Assembly (NCBI GenBank): GCA_964016885.1
Contig: OZ024765.1
Coordinates: forward strand, 22,816,001-22,880,000
DNA length: 64,000 nucleotides
Reading direction: 5' to 3'
Origin: Eledone cirrhosa
Taxonomy: Eukaryota
This document shows, piece after piece, positions 12,698 to 38,578 of this stretch (its first letter is position 1; every line of letters starts with the position of its first letter). Position numbers and translations under genes: made by a program. The notes under the pieces were generated by a model. The model ran no database searches. It saw only the letters and a program-made list of their open reading frames with translations, and was not told the origin of the DNA.

Positions 12698-12825
12698 AAC
12701 ACTTTATTTCACGTTGCTCCAGTACACTCAGTTGAGGAAGTCATCCTGCGATAGACTGGCGTCCTATCCAGGGAGAGTCTTGTACTCCCAGACACTTAAT
12801 GCCAAAGAAACCTGTGATAAGCTTA
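12698..12825 (+). mobile_element. 5'-truncated SINE body
   Basis: ACACTTTATTTCACGTTGCTCC shared with the SINE at 39888-39910; the 3' tail differs. Confidence 0.6.
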
Positions 12826-13069
12826 GAACAGACTTTATATATTATACTAAATTTAGGTTTAATCATTCACATATAGATGAAGGAAATCATGGTCTTAGAT
12901 ACTTATTACCAAAATCGATAATTGGTGATTGATACTAATTACTAAGATCGATGGTTTGCATCTTTTTTTGTGTCTGTAACATAAACATTACTATCTTGAA
13001 GTAAGTATATTTATATATTTATTGTTCTGTATATATATATGTATTAAATACTAGTAGTTTCTCAATTGA

Positions 13070-13251
13070 TATATAAAAATGGAATGAAAGTGAGGTAACA
13101 TGGGCGTGAAAAAAAAAACATTTCCATCTGAATATATTTCGGAGATGAAGTATAATATATATAATGATTTGGTAGAGCTCTTAACTCTCACCATACGAAA
13201 TATATATTTGTCCACACCCTCAGTTATCTCGACTTCATTCCGTTTCTATAT
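13070..13251. repeat. Old, diverged inverted repeat
   Basis: ATATAAAAATGGAATGAAAGTGAGGTAAC...GGGCGTG pairs imperfectly with CACACCCTCAGTTATCTCGACTTCATTCCGTTTCTATAT. Confidence 0.7.
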
Positions 13252-13752
13252 TTTTATTTTAAAAAAATAGACAAAATTCTAGCTACAAGTATGACTAATT
13301 TACTCAGTAGAATTGCGTGGCGCTGCACCTAACGTTTCGGGCTTCGTTGTCGTACTTATATATGGAATGACCATTCTATGTGTCTGGAGATCGAATCGTT
13401 GCGAGGGAAGCCGCGATTATTTGCAGGCTGGCTTTATGCTGGCCTGCGCCCCCCATTGAATTTTATTGAAAAATTTGATTACAGTTATTTCCCTTTATTT
13501 GAATAACCTCCCCTTGAATGGAAGTCCTCTGTTTTCTTGTTAACGGGTTATGTCGTTCGGTCTACAGCGGGTACCTTGCAGTAATCATTCTGGGTATTAT
13601 GTTTGTGGAAAGAGGTATGTAATGTTTTATTTACTAAACACTCGCAGATATTCTTGAGACACGAAAATACATTTTACTGTCCTTTTTAGAGATATTTCTC
13701 TATACTATCCTTATATATACACACAAAGCTACATTTATATACACACATTCTC

Positions 13753-13797
<45 letters not shown>

Positions 13798-13883
13798 TTC
13801 TCCACTAGACACATACGCCTATCTATATATATATATATACATAACTAAACCTTCTCTAGTTCCATAAATTTCGTTTTTTTTTT

Positions 13884-14140
13884 ATATACATGTACTAACA
13901 TACCAGTCTATATATATATACACTATATACATGTACTAACATACCAGTCTATATATATGTATATATATACACTATATACATGTACTAACATACCAGTCTA
14001 TATATATATATATACACACTATATACATGTACTAACATACCAGTCTATATATATGTATATATATACACTATATACATGTACTAACATACCAGTCTATATA
14101 TATGTATATATACACACTATATACATGTACTAACATACCA

Positions 14141-14174
<34 letters not shown>

Positions 14175-14808
14175 TATATACATGTACTAACATACCAGTC
14201 TATATATATATATACACACTATATACATGTACTAATATACCAGTCTATATATATATATATAGACTATATACATGTACTAACATACCAGTCTATATATATG
14301 TATATATATACACTATATACATGTACTAACATACCAGTATATATATATATACACTATATACATGTACTAACATACCAGTCTATATATATGTATATATATA
14401 CACTATATACATGTACTAACATACCAGTCTATATATATATATATACACACTATATACATGTACTAACATACCAGTCTATATATATGTATATATATACACT
14501 ATATACATGTACTAACATACCAGTCTATATATATGTATATATACACACTATATACATGTACTAACATACCAGTCTATATATATATATATATATATATATA
14601 CACTATATACATGTACTAACATACCAGTCTATATATATATATACACACTATATACATGTACTAATATACCAGTCTATATATATATATATATAGACTATAT
14701 ACATGTACTAACATACCAGTCTATATATATGTATATATATACACTATATACATGTACTAACATACCAGTATATATATATATACACTATATACATGTACTA
14801 ACATACCA

Positions 14809-14844
<36 letters not shown>

Positions 14845-15285
14845 TATATACATGTACTAACATACCAGTCTATATATATATATATATACACACTATATAC
14901 ATGTACTAACATACCAGTATATATATATACACACTTTATACATGTACTAACATACCAGTCTATATATATATATATATATACACACTATATACATGTACTA
15001 ACATACCAGTATATATATATACACACTTTATACATGTACTAACATACCAGTCTATATATATATATATATATATACACACTATATACATGTACTAACATAC
15101 CAGTCTATATATATATATATATATACACACACTATATACATGTACTAACATACCAGTCTATATATATATATACACACACTATATACATGTACTAACATAC
15201 CAGTCTATATATATATATACACTATATACATGTACTAACATACCAGTCTATATATATATATATATATATATATACACTATATATA
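13884..15285. repeat. Minisatellite of about 30 units: constant core plus variable (TA)n
   Basis: CACTATATACATGTACTAACATACCAGTC(TA)n repeated. Confidence 0.97.
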
Positions 15286-15692
15286 TACAAACCTCTTCTA
15301 AGAAACTAAACCCCTCTATATACACACTATATACATTTTATGATCTTTATATCTTTCATATTTACACCCAACGAAGTATGCTAGCTTCATTTCTCTTCTA
15401 CCATCGGACATGGGTGTCCTTTTGTAGGTAAAGAAACCCCTGTCAACACTGGGTGTAGCTCTCACTTTTATTATCCCTGTCTACACAGTCTTTCCATTAC
15501 ATCCTATCCATGCCTCCTCCTTTACATATTAAGCAGGGTCCTATCTTTCCTACTTAGACACGAGAATACATTTTACTATCTTTAATATACAGGAAGAGTT
15601 TTAGAGGTGTACACTCATAACTACTTCTTTATAGACAGGAAAATACTTCTCCTTACAACAACTAAATCTCTACATTCAGACTACCTCTCCAG

Positions 15693-16054
15693 ACACATGT
15701 ACCAGCATTTATATACACACAGAGGTACAAAGCTACCTCTTCTAACTAAACAATCTCTCTATATACACATGTACCAACATTTATATACACACAGAGGTAC
15801 AAAGCTACCTCTTCTAACTAAACAATCTCTCTATATACACATGTACCAACATTTATATACACACAGAGGTACAAAGCTACCTCTTCTAACTAAACAATCT
15901 CTCTATATACACATGTACCAACATTTATATACACACACAGGTACAAAGTTACCTTTTCTACCTAAATCTCTCTATATACACATGTACCAACATTTATATA
16001 CACACAGAGGTACAAAGCTACCTCTTCTAACTAAACAATCTCTCTATATACACG
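15693..16054. repeat. 72-bp tandem repeat, about 5 copies
   Basis: ACACATGTACCAACATTTATATACACACAGAGGTACAAAGCTACCTCTTCTAACTAAACAATCTCTCTATAT. Confidence 0.95.
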
Positions 16055-16816
16055 TGTAGCAAGAGTTGCCTCCCTTATGACAATCACATCACCGCTCTCT
16101 AGCCAAGAAGTAGCTGGAGTTTGGGCTGGCAGAACCCTTTTTGTCACTTCCGTCCTGAGACCCTATAAAAGGGATACTCAGAGCGATCTCTCTCTCTCTC
16201 ATTTTGCCCTTTCGGCCAGGCACGTTCGCCGATGCTTCACTCTCTTCTAACCTGCCAGGCGCGTTCGCCTGGCAACCCTAACATGGTCTCTTGCGAGCTC
16301 ACTTCAAAACGGTAACAAATAACTTTACTTCATTCTTTCATCTACCCATTGACATGTCAATTAAACTTCATACACACAACTGAGTCTTTTGTTGTATTCA
16401 TACACACCAGTATTTTGTTATAAGTGGCCACTTATAACAAAATACTGGTGTGTATGAATACAACAAAAGACTCAGTTGTGTGTATGAAGTTTAATTGACA
16501 TGTCAATGGGTAGATGAAAGAATGAAGTAAAGTTATTTGTTACCGTTTTGAAGTGAGCTCGCAAGAGACCATGTTAGGGTTGCCAGGCGAACGCGCCTGG
16601 CCAAAGGGCCAGGCTGGTTAGAAGAGGGTGAAGCATCGGCGAACGGGCCTGGCCAAAAGGGAAAATGAGAGAGAGAGATCGCTGAGTATCCCTTTTATAG
16701 GGTCTCAGGACGGAAGTGGCAAAAAGGGTTCTGCCACCCCAAGAGAAGTAACTCCAGCTACTTCCTGTCTTGAGAGCTGTGATGTGATTGTCATAAGGGA
16801 GGCAACTCTTGCTATA
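16055..16816. mobile_element. Two LTRs fused tail-to-tail as a spacerless palindrome
   Basis: Left LTR 16055-16422 (+), right LTR 16433-16816 (-); centre AGTGG|CCACT; perfect symmetry over 16254-16601; same family as 2926-3291. Confidence 0.9.
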
Positions 16817-17099
16817 TTACCGCCCGCCAGATTTTTAAAATATAAAAATCGAATGAACCATGTATGGAGTAAGATGGCGCGCATGTTGTAACACCAAAGT
16901 CCAGGCATGAAAATTACGAAAAAAATGTTTGCAATAAAAGGAAAACAGCAAAATATATGCATGCAAAAATCAATGATAGATATCAAGGTAGCCAACCGCT
17001 CTTGGCCAGAGAACGACTGGACATCTATCTATCCATCACCCAAAGATACAATGTAATCAAACTAAAAGAAGAGGTCAAAGTTCAAATGTTCAAAATACA

Positions 17100-20000
17100 G
17101 TTCACAGGTGTGCAATCACATGTCAGCAGGAAAGAAAGTGTGTTCCAGAGAATGTATGCAGGTGGTTTCTGATCTCAGGAGATGAGCGCAAAAGTGCAGC
17201 CATCCCTGTTCATTTGTTTCGAAATCGAATCAGGGAAACGGCTCAGCCAGAAACTGAATGCGACGGACGTTTCTGGCCCACATAACCAAAGTCGCCTATT
17301 TTTCATTCAGGATCGCGTCACAGGCACGCGTTTCTTGGTCGACACCGGTGCTGAAGTCAACATCATCCCGGTTTCCTGCGTTCCTGGAAAAAGGAGAGAG
17401 ACTAGCCTGGCTCCAGGCGGTGAATCACTCACATATTCCGACCTACGGAGAACAGTCCCTGACACTAAATTTGGGACTACGCCGCACTTTCCAGTGGGTA
17501 TTCGTTGTGGCTAAGCTGCCGACCCCTATTTTAGGAGCTGATTTTCTTCAGCAGTTCTCGCTGCTAGTGGATATGAAAAACCAACGACTCATTGACAACT
17601 CCCCTGGTCTCGCTGTGCGCGGCATAGCCGCTAGGATAGCCACAGTCAGTCCAGTCATTTCAAGATCGACAACAACAACCTGGCACAACCACATCATCAA
17701 CAAATACCCAGACGTAGCTCGACCTTTATTCAACGCTTGCCCTGTAAAACATGACGTCACACACCACATAAAACACACGGGCCACCTGTCGCTGCACAAC
17801 CTAGAAGGCTACCACCAGACCAGCTGAAGTCCGTCAAACAAGAATTTCAGCACATGCTGGATCTCGGCATCATACGTCCGTCCAGCAGCAACTGGTCCTC
17901 ACCCATACACTGTGTACCCAAGAAGTCGTCGAACGACTGGCGAATCTGTGGCGACTACCGTGCACTGAACAACTGCACCGTTCCTGACTCTTATCCAGCG
18001 CCTCATCTACAGGACTTCTCTAGCTCGCTGCACAGGGCTCGCATATTTCCGAAGATCGATCCTGTGCGAGCTTACAATCAGATACCCGTTGAGCCCGCAG
18101 ATATTTCAAAGACCGCCGTCACAACACCCTTTGGAATGTTCAAATTTCTGCGTATGCCGTTCGGTTAGCGAAATGCAGCGCAGACATTCCAGCGATTCAT
18201 CGATACAGTCACCAGGGGTCTACCTTTTGTATATGCATACATTGACGACTTACTGGTGGCCAGAAGCTCCGATGAAGGACATGAGAAACACCTGGATCTC
18301 CTATTCACACGTTTGCGTGAATATGGAATTGTTATCAACCCCAGCAAATGTGAGTTCGGAGTTGCGTCCCTTCATTTTCTGGGACACATCATTGACAAAG
18401 ATGGTATTCGCCCACTTAAGGAGAAAGTCAAATCCCTCCTTGACTTTCCACAACCTACATCTCTCCGCAAACTGCGAAAATTTCTTGGCCTGGTTAACTT
18501 ATACAGAAGATTTATACCCCACTGTTCAGAGACAGCCCAACCACTCACAGATTTGCTGCGGCAGCATACAACCAAAAAGGCAAACATCAAGCTCAGCGAA
18601 AAAGAATATACCGCTTTCTCTGAGTTGAAGAAAATGTTGTCCGAGGCTACAATGCTGAGTTACCCTAAACCTGACGCCCCAATGTGTTTATTGACTAATG
18701 CATCCGATTTCGGAGTTGGAGGTGTGCTTCAACAACTCTCTGGCGATATTTGGCGACCTGTATCTTTTTTCTCTAAGCGATTGAAACCCGCCGAAACTAA
18801 GTACAGCACATTCAGTCATGAATTATTGGCAGCATACCTTGCTGTCAAGCATTTTCGACACATGCTAGAATGTCGTGTGTTCTCTATATACACCGACCAC
18901 TAACCACTAATGTACGCGTTCAATGCAAAGCCTGACCGACACTCACCCAGGGAGGTCCGACATCTGGACTTCATTTCTCAGTACACTACTGATATTCGGT
19001 ACTTTAAGGGTGCCACCAACTCAGCAGCTGATGCCCACTTTGTGTGGCCCAACATAAACAAGGACACCTGCGAATGGGCTAGGAACTGTATCGCGTGCCA
19101 GAAGGCGATAATTCACCGGCACATCAAAGCCCCGATCGGTTCTTTCGCAACACCTGATGCACGGTTCCAACATGTGCATATAGACATAGTTGGACCATTG
19201 CCTCCTTCTCAAAACTACACTCATCTTCTCACCTGTGTCGACCGATTTTCTCGCTGGCCAGAAGCTTTTCCTCTGACGGATATTACTGCGGAAACTGTCG
19301 CCAAAATGCTAGTGTTTCACTGGGTTTCGTGTTTCGGCACACCCGCGACCATCACTACGGATAGAGAACGTCAGTTCGATTCGAACCTATTTACCGAGCT
19401 GCCTCGTCTCCTCGGGTGCAAACACATCCATACAACAGCGTATCACCCTGCCGCTAACGGCATGGTAGAACACTTCCACCGCCAGCTAAAATCATCTATC
19501 AAGGCTTACGAAGACTCCTCTAACTGGTTCGAATACCTCCCACTCATTCTTCTTGGTATTCGTTCCACTGTTAAGGAGGGAGTCCGACATTCTCCGGCTG
19601 AAATGTTGTATGGCACCGTACTCACTCTACTCGGACAAATGATCGCTCCTGTTTCGCCACAAGAACTTCCAGACCCTACAAAATATGTGCACCGTTTACG
19701 GTCATCGATGTCCCATCTGTCTCCTTCAGCCCCTAAACAACAGCACCTTACTTCACACATACCAAAAGACATCGATACATGGACTGCATTCCATCGCAAC
19801 TTTGTCCGCCATATTCTGGGCCCTATAAGGTGGTACAGAAATGCCCTAAGTATTTCGTCCTCGACTTGAACGGGAAACGAAATACCGTCTCCATTGATCG
19901 TTTAAAAAAAGCGTTCATAGAACAGGAATTGCCACCAGTACCCACCGTTTCTCCAGCAGACTCACCAACAACTTTGCCCGACACAAACACGGCAAATTCT

Positions 20001-20490
20001 TCACAACCCCGACACACCAAATCCGGAAGAACAGTCCGATGGCCCACGCCATGGGATACGTACAAGTTTATCGGGTAAGTACAAATTATGCATCTGGTCG
20101 ACATTTCGGCTAATTTGTACATTTCAATGAATCAGCCAATTTCTGTGGTCATGAACTATTGTTACACACAAATCAATTAACTCTGTGCATCACCCACATC
20201 AAAAGAACAGACAAAAGAACATTTTCCGTTTCTATGAAATGAACGAACTTTTAATCAACAAACTTTTCGTACGAACATTTTCAATTTTATGTACCATCAC
20301 AGTACATTTTCCTGCATGTAAATTCCTTTTGCTTTGCATGCTTTCTTTCATTTCTCCTGTTTGTAAATGACTTTCATGTGTTTTTTTTATTTTTACTGAT
20401 TTTCTTCAACAACACACCTAGTCATACCTATCTTAATTTCACATGCACCTAGATCGTTCAATCTTAGCTTTCTCACTGGAAGGGGGGTAC
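17100..20490 (+). mobile_element. Decayed Ty3/Gypsy internal region (CsRn1-like): gag end, PR, RT, RH, IN
   Basis: KCSHPCSF knuckle remnant, [66 protein letters not shown]; stops and frameshifts; PPT GGAAGGGGGG at ~20478-20487. Confidence 0.95.
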
Positions 20491-20999
20491 TATAATGGCG
20501 GCGAAGATTCGAAACCGAATCTGAGCTTGCCCGCCTCTGGGACAAGCAGTGGTAAGTTGTTTACGCTCAAGAGACTAACCCCTTGGGAGAGGCTAAACAT
20601 AGGTCAGAGGTGTTTATGCCTGACAGAAAATAGGTCAGAGGATATATCCATCTTTCTGACTTGTTTACGCTTGGCAAACTAATCCCTTGGGAGACTAACC
20701 AAAGTTCAGAGGATATATCTATCCTTCTAACTTCAACTCTTATAAATACAGGGGTTGTTTACGCCCCGACAGAAAAGAAGTGATATACAGACAAGACAAG
20801 TCGCATTTACAAGCTCTCGTCACGAAAAACCAGTCTGCCACTTATTCTCCCCTTCCTGGCTGATCGCTGACTCCTGCAATACAAACAAGTAAATATACTG
20901 ATACGCACACACGCATTCATAGTGAGTTCAGTATTTATACACGCACCATTTCTGTTTACACATATTGTACCTTTCTGATGCAGTACAAATTATATTATA
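20491..20999 (+). mobile_element. 3' LTR of the Gypsy element
   Basis: Directly after the PPT; termini TATAAT...ATTATA (decayed TGTAAT...ATTACA); TATAAATA box at ~20741; internal duplication of the CCCTTGGGAGA...TCAGAGGATATATC block. Confidence 0.7.
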
Positions 21000-21161
21000 A
21001 TCGTGTTCTGTGATACTTGAATTTACGTGGTCCGAAGAGCCACCAAATTATTGTATGAATATTTTGTGTTATTGATTTTATCATTCAATATTCAAATTGA
21101 ATATTGTTATAATAAAATAAACTTTGTAACAACACTCCTGCTATTTTTCTTTACATCAAAA

Positions 21162-21535
21162 CCACTCTTAGTACGGCTGTTACTTAAATATAAATATGTA
21201 CACGTACCGTTAATATGCATAAGGTAAGTATATACATTCAACAATCTGGCAGGAAGGTATACGTTGCTAATGATAGCTAATAACCTTTAAACTAGTACAG
21301 CATTCCTTTGTCAATGTTGAACAAATGAGCAACGATGGTTGCTAGACACTACGGCTTAATACGGGATGTTTGTTTACAAACACACCGAGCATTATAATAA
21401 ATGTTCGGTGAATCCATACGTACATATATATGTGCGTGTATGTATATATATATATACATACTACTGTACGTCTGTATACATATATGTATATACATATACA
21501 TACTTATATTTAAGTAACAGCCGTACTAAGAGTGG
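21162..21535. mobile_element. MITE-like element with 39-bp terminal inverted repeats
   Basis: CCACTCTTAGTACGGCTGTTACTTAAATATAA(A/G)TATGTA at both ends, one mismatch; no clear TSD. Confidence 0.7.
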
Positions 21536-21584
21536 GAAATGAAATTTCGTTTCATTTTTTTCCGTTTATATATATATACATACA

Positions 21585-23910
21585 TGGAATGAGACATATA
21601 GGAAGGTGTGGAGAAGAAAGGTCTGGAAGCTAAAAGACCTTTCACTAAAATTCAAATTTAGGAAAGCCCTTCAAGATGTATATGACGAAAAAGAAGACGA
21701 TTTAGAGACGTATGACATAGATAATAACTGGAAGTTCTTACGTGACAACTTGCTGCAGGCTACTGATGAAACCTATGGCTGGAGCAGAGCTCCAACCAGA
21801 CAGAGAGTGACCTGGTGGTGGAACAGCACAGTAGATAAGGCTATTAGAGACAAAAGACTAGCATGGAAGGCTTGGAAAAAGGGTGGGAGTAGGGAAGAAT
21901 ATACAGCCACTAAGAGAGAAGCTAGACGTCAGGTGTACTTAGCACGCAGGGAGGCAGAGAGTAGGAAGTTTGCCAATGTTCTACGACGGGAAGATCAGAG
22001 GCGTGCGGTGTTCCACATTGCAAGGCAGTGTGTCAATGCAAATCAGGATGTTGTTGGTGATAAATGTGTCCGGGATGATGCCGGTGTACTTAGTGTCACG
22101 AATGACCAGAAAAAGGAGGCCTGGAAATGTCATTATGAGAGACTGATGAATGTGGAGAACGAATGGGAGAGAGAGAAATTACCCTTGGTAGATCCGACAG
22201 AGGGACCAGCTATTGAGATTGACGAATATAGGGTCCAAGAGGCGATTAGGGAAATGAAAAATGGTAAGGCGGCCGGACCATCGGGAATAGTTGCTGAGAT
22301 GCTGAAGGCATCAGGGGACGTAGGCACTAAACTGGTTGCACGCATCATCAATCAGGCTATATATGGTGGTGTCATACCCAAAGACTGGTGCAGCAGTATT
22401 CTCATAAATTGCTACAAAGGTAAAGGGGATGCTTTGGAGAGGAGCAATTATAGGGGTATAAAGCTGATAGATCAGGTTATGAAAGTGGCAGAAAGGATTT
22501 TAGCACAACTAATTAGAGAAAGGGTCAAACTAGATGAGATGCAGTTTGGTTTTGTGCCTGGGAAGAGTACAACAGATGCCCTCTTCTTGGTGAGACAAAT
22601 GCAAGAGAGGTTCTTAGAGAAGAATAAGCCACTATACTTAGCCTTTGTTGACCTAGAGAAGGCCTTTGATAGGGTACCCCGATCTGTCATCTGGTGGTCC
22701 CTAAGGAAGCTAGGTGTTGAGGAATGGCTTGTGAGGACAGTGCAAACTTTGTACAGAGGTACTCTCAGTAAAGTCAGGGTAGGAATGGAGTTTAGTGAGG
22801 AATTCCAGATACAAGTAGGAGTACATCAGGGTTCGGTCCTCAGCCCGCTCTTGTTCATTATAGTCCTCCAAGCCATAACAGAGGAGTTTAAGACTGGCTG
22901 TCCATGGGAACTTCTCTATGCTGATGATCTGGCTCTTATGGCAGAATCAGTAGAGGAGCTAGAGAATAAATTCCGGCTATGGAAACAGCAGTTGGAAGCA
23001 AGAGGACTGAGAGTAAATCTAGCTAAGACAAAAGTGTTGAGTAGAAAAGAGGACAAAACCCTGATTCCGTCAGGGAAATGGCCATGTTCGATATGCAGAA
23101 AAGGAACTGGCATAAATTCTATAAAATGCACACAATGCAGGTCCTGGGTACACAAGAGATGTAGCGGGATAGCAGGCAAACTAACAGGTAGGGAGAAATA
23201 TGTATGCAGTAGATGTACAGGGAAATTAGACAGTAGAAGTCGCCCTGATAGACACATTTTTCAAATGCGAGAGGGCGCTATAGAAGTGGTGGATAGCTTC
23301 CGGTACCTAGGAGATCAGATTAGCATGGGAGGAGGGTGTTCTGAGGCCATAGTATCTAGAATAAGGACGGGTTGGAAGAAGTTTAGGGAGCTGCTTCCTC
23401 TGTTGACGAAGAAGGGTTTCTCCCTGCGTACGAAAGGCCGGTTGTATGATGCCTGTGTGAGGAGCGCGATGCTGCATGGTAGTGAGACATGGGCAGCAAC
23501 TGCAGAGGATATGCGACGACTGGAGTGAAATGAGGCAAGCATGCTCCGTTGGATGTGCAGTGTAAATGTGCGTGAACGACCCAGCATAAATGTGTTGAGA
23601 GAGAAACTGTGTCTGAGAGGGATAGAATGTAGTGTACGGGAGAGGAGACTGAGGTGGTATGGACATGTGATGCGCATGGAGGATGACCGATGGGTGAAGA
23701 AGTGCCAGGAATTGCCAGTTGAGGGAAGACGTGGTAGAGGTAGACCCCGAAAAACATGGGCGGAGGTGGTGAGAACAGACCTCAGATCATTGAAGCTCAC
23801 GGTGGAGATGACGAGGGACCGTGACGAGTGGAGAGATGCTGTGCTGAATAAGACCCGTCCCACCCTTGCAAGCAGGGAAAAGTGGACGTAAAATGATGAT
23901 GATGATGATG
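21585..23910 (+). mobile_element. 5'-truncated, near-intact RTE LINE (RT with PHD-like insert) ending in (GAT)n
   Basis: 640-aa ORF 21606-23528 with QFGF, FVDLEKAFD, GVHQGSVLSP, LLYADD; one in-frame TGA, then the same frame continues to 23891; tail ATGATGATG. Confidence 0.95.
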
Positions 23911-24049
23911 CACCTCAGGGGAAACTCTCGTGGCATCTAACAACATCAGAGACTTGGGAGTAACCGTGGACAGCAACATAAGCTGGGCCACGCATATAAG
24001 CAGCAAAGTTGACATGGCCCGCAGAATGTGTTCCTGGATCCTCAAAACC

Positions 24050-24050
<1 letters not shown>
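23911..24050 (+). mobile_element. CR1/L2-group LINE RT fragment
   Basis: IRDLGVTVDSNISWATHISSKVDMARRMCSWILKT. Confidence 0.75.
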
Positions 24051-37871
<13,821 letters not shown>

Positions 37872-37927
37872 ATATTATAATGAAATGACAGGAGGCTGGA
37901 TTTGTGTAAATCCTTGAAAGGTTTATT

Positions 37928-37985
37928 ATACTATGATCATTTCAATGACCGGGTTCCGTATGAATCCGGTGATATCATCAGGTAT
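37928..37985 (-). ncRNA. Minimal type I hammerhead ribozyme with an imperfect stem II base
   Basis: atac CTGATGA tatcaccggattcatacggaacccggtcatt GAAA tgatca TA gtat. Confidence 0.7.
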
Positions 37986-38303
37986 TCGAAATATAATACG
38001 TGAATGTAATAGGTAAAATTCCTCTTTTAGCTGACATTAACCCTGACTTCTCTTCTTCTTTCTTCCCCCTTCTTCTCCTTCCTTTCTTTCTTTCTTTTAC
38101 CTTGTGTCATGGGATCGACGTTAACCTATGCTCCCATCTCTTTCTGTTTTCGTTCATCTGACCGGTAGTAGCATACTATAAAATTTAGCCACGTCACTCC
38201 AGGGCGACCGGCTGAGGTTGAAGGAACAGAATAGCGGTCGCCCTCGGGTCTCGATTTTCAGCCCCATGGATTTTAGCTATTACATTCACGTATTATATTT
38301 CGA

Positions 38304-38361
38304 ATACCTGATGATATCACCGGATTCATACGGAACCCGGTCATTGAAATGATCATATTAT
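38304..38361 (+). ncRNA. Hammerhead ribozyme, mirror copy with a stem I mismatch
   Basis: atac CTGATGA ... GAAA tgatca TA ttat. Confidence 0.55.
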
Positions 38362-38578
38362 AATATACCTTTCAAGGATTTACACAAATCCAGCCTCCTG
38401 TCATTTCATTATAATATTTAACTCCGTAATAGCACCAGCAACTACAAAAACAAAGACGGTTGAACTGCTTTACGTTGAGTACTCTCTATATTATTGCATT
38501 ACGATTGACCATACGGAATAGACCAGCTCTATACAGTGGTGAACCTCAAACCTGAATATATATATATTATATATATAT

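Larger units (their letters stand above)
37872..38553. mobile_element. Penelope-like pLTR remnant: inverted repeat (~150-bp arms, ~250-bp spacer) with a 3' extension
   Basis: 37872-38020 pairs with 38269-38417; hammerhead core in both arms. Confidence 0.75.

Noticed and set aside
13884-15285. Constant repeat with variable spacers (CRISPR-like)
   Set aside because: The spacers are only (TA)n length variants
16055-16816. 5' LTR of the adjacent Gypsy element
   Set aside because: No similarity to the LTR after the PPT (20491-20999), and the proximal copy is in the opposite orientation
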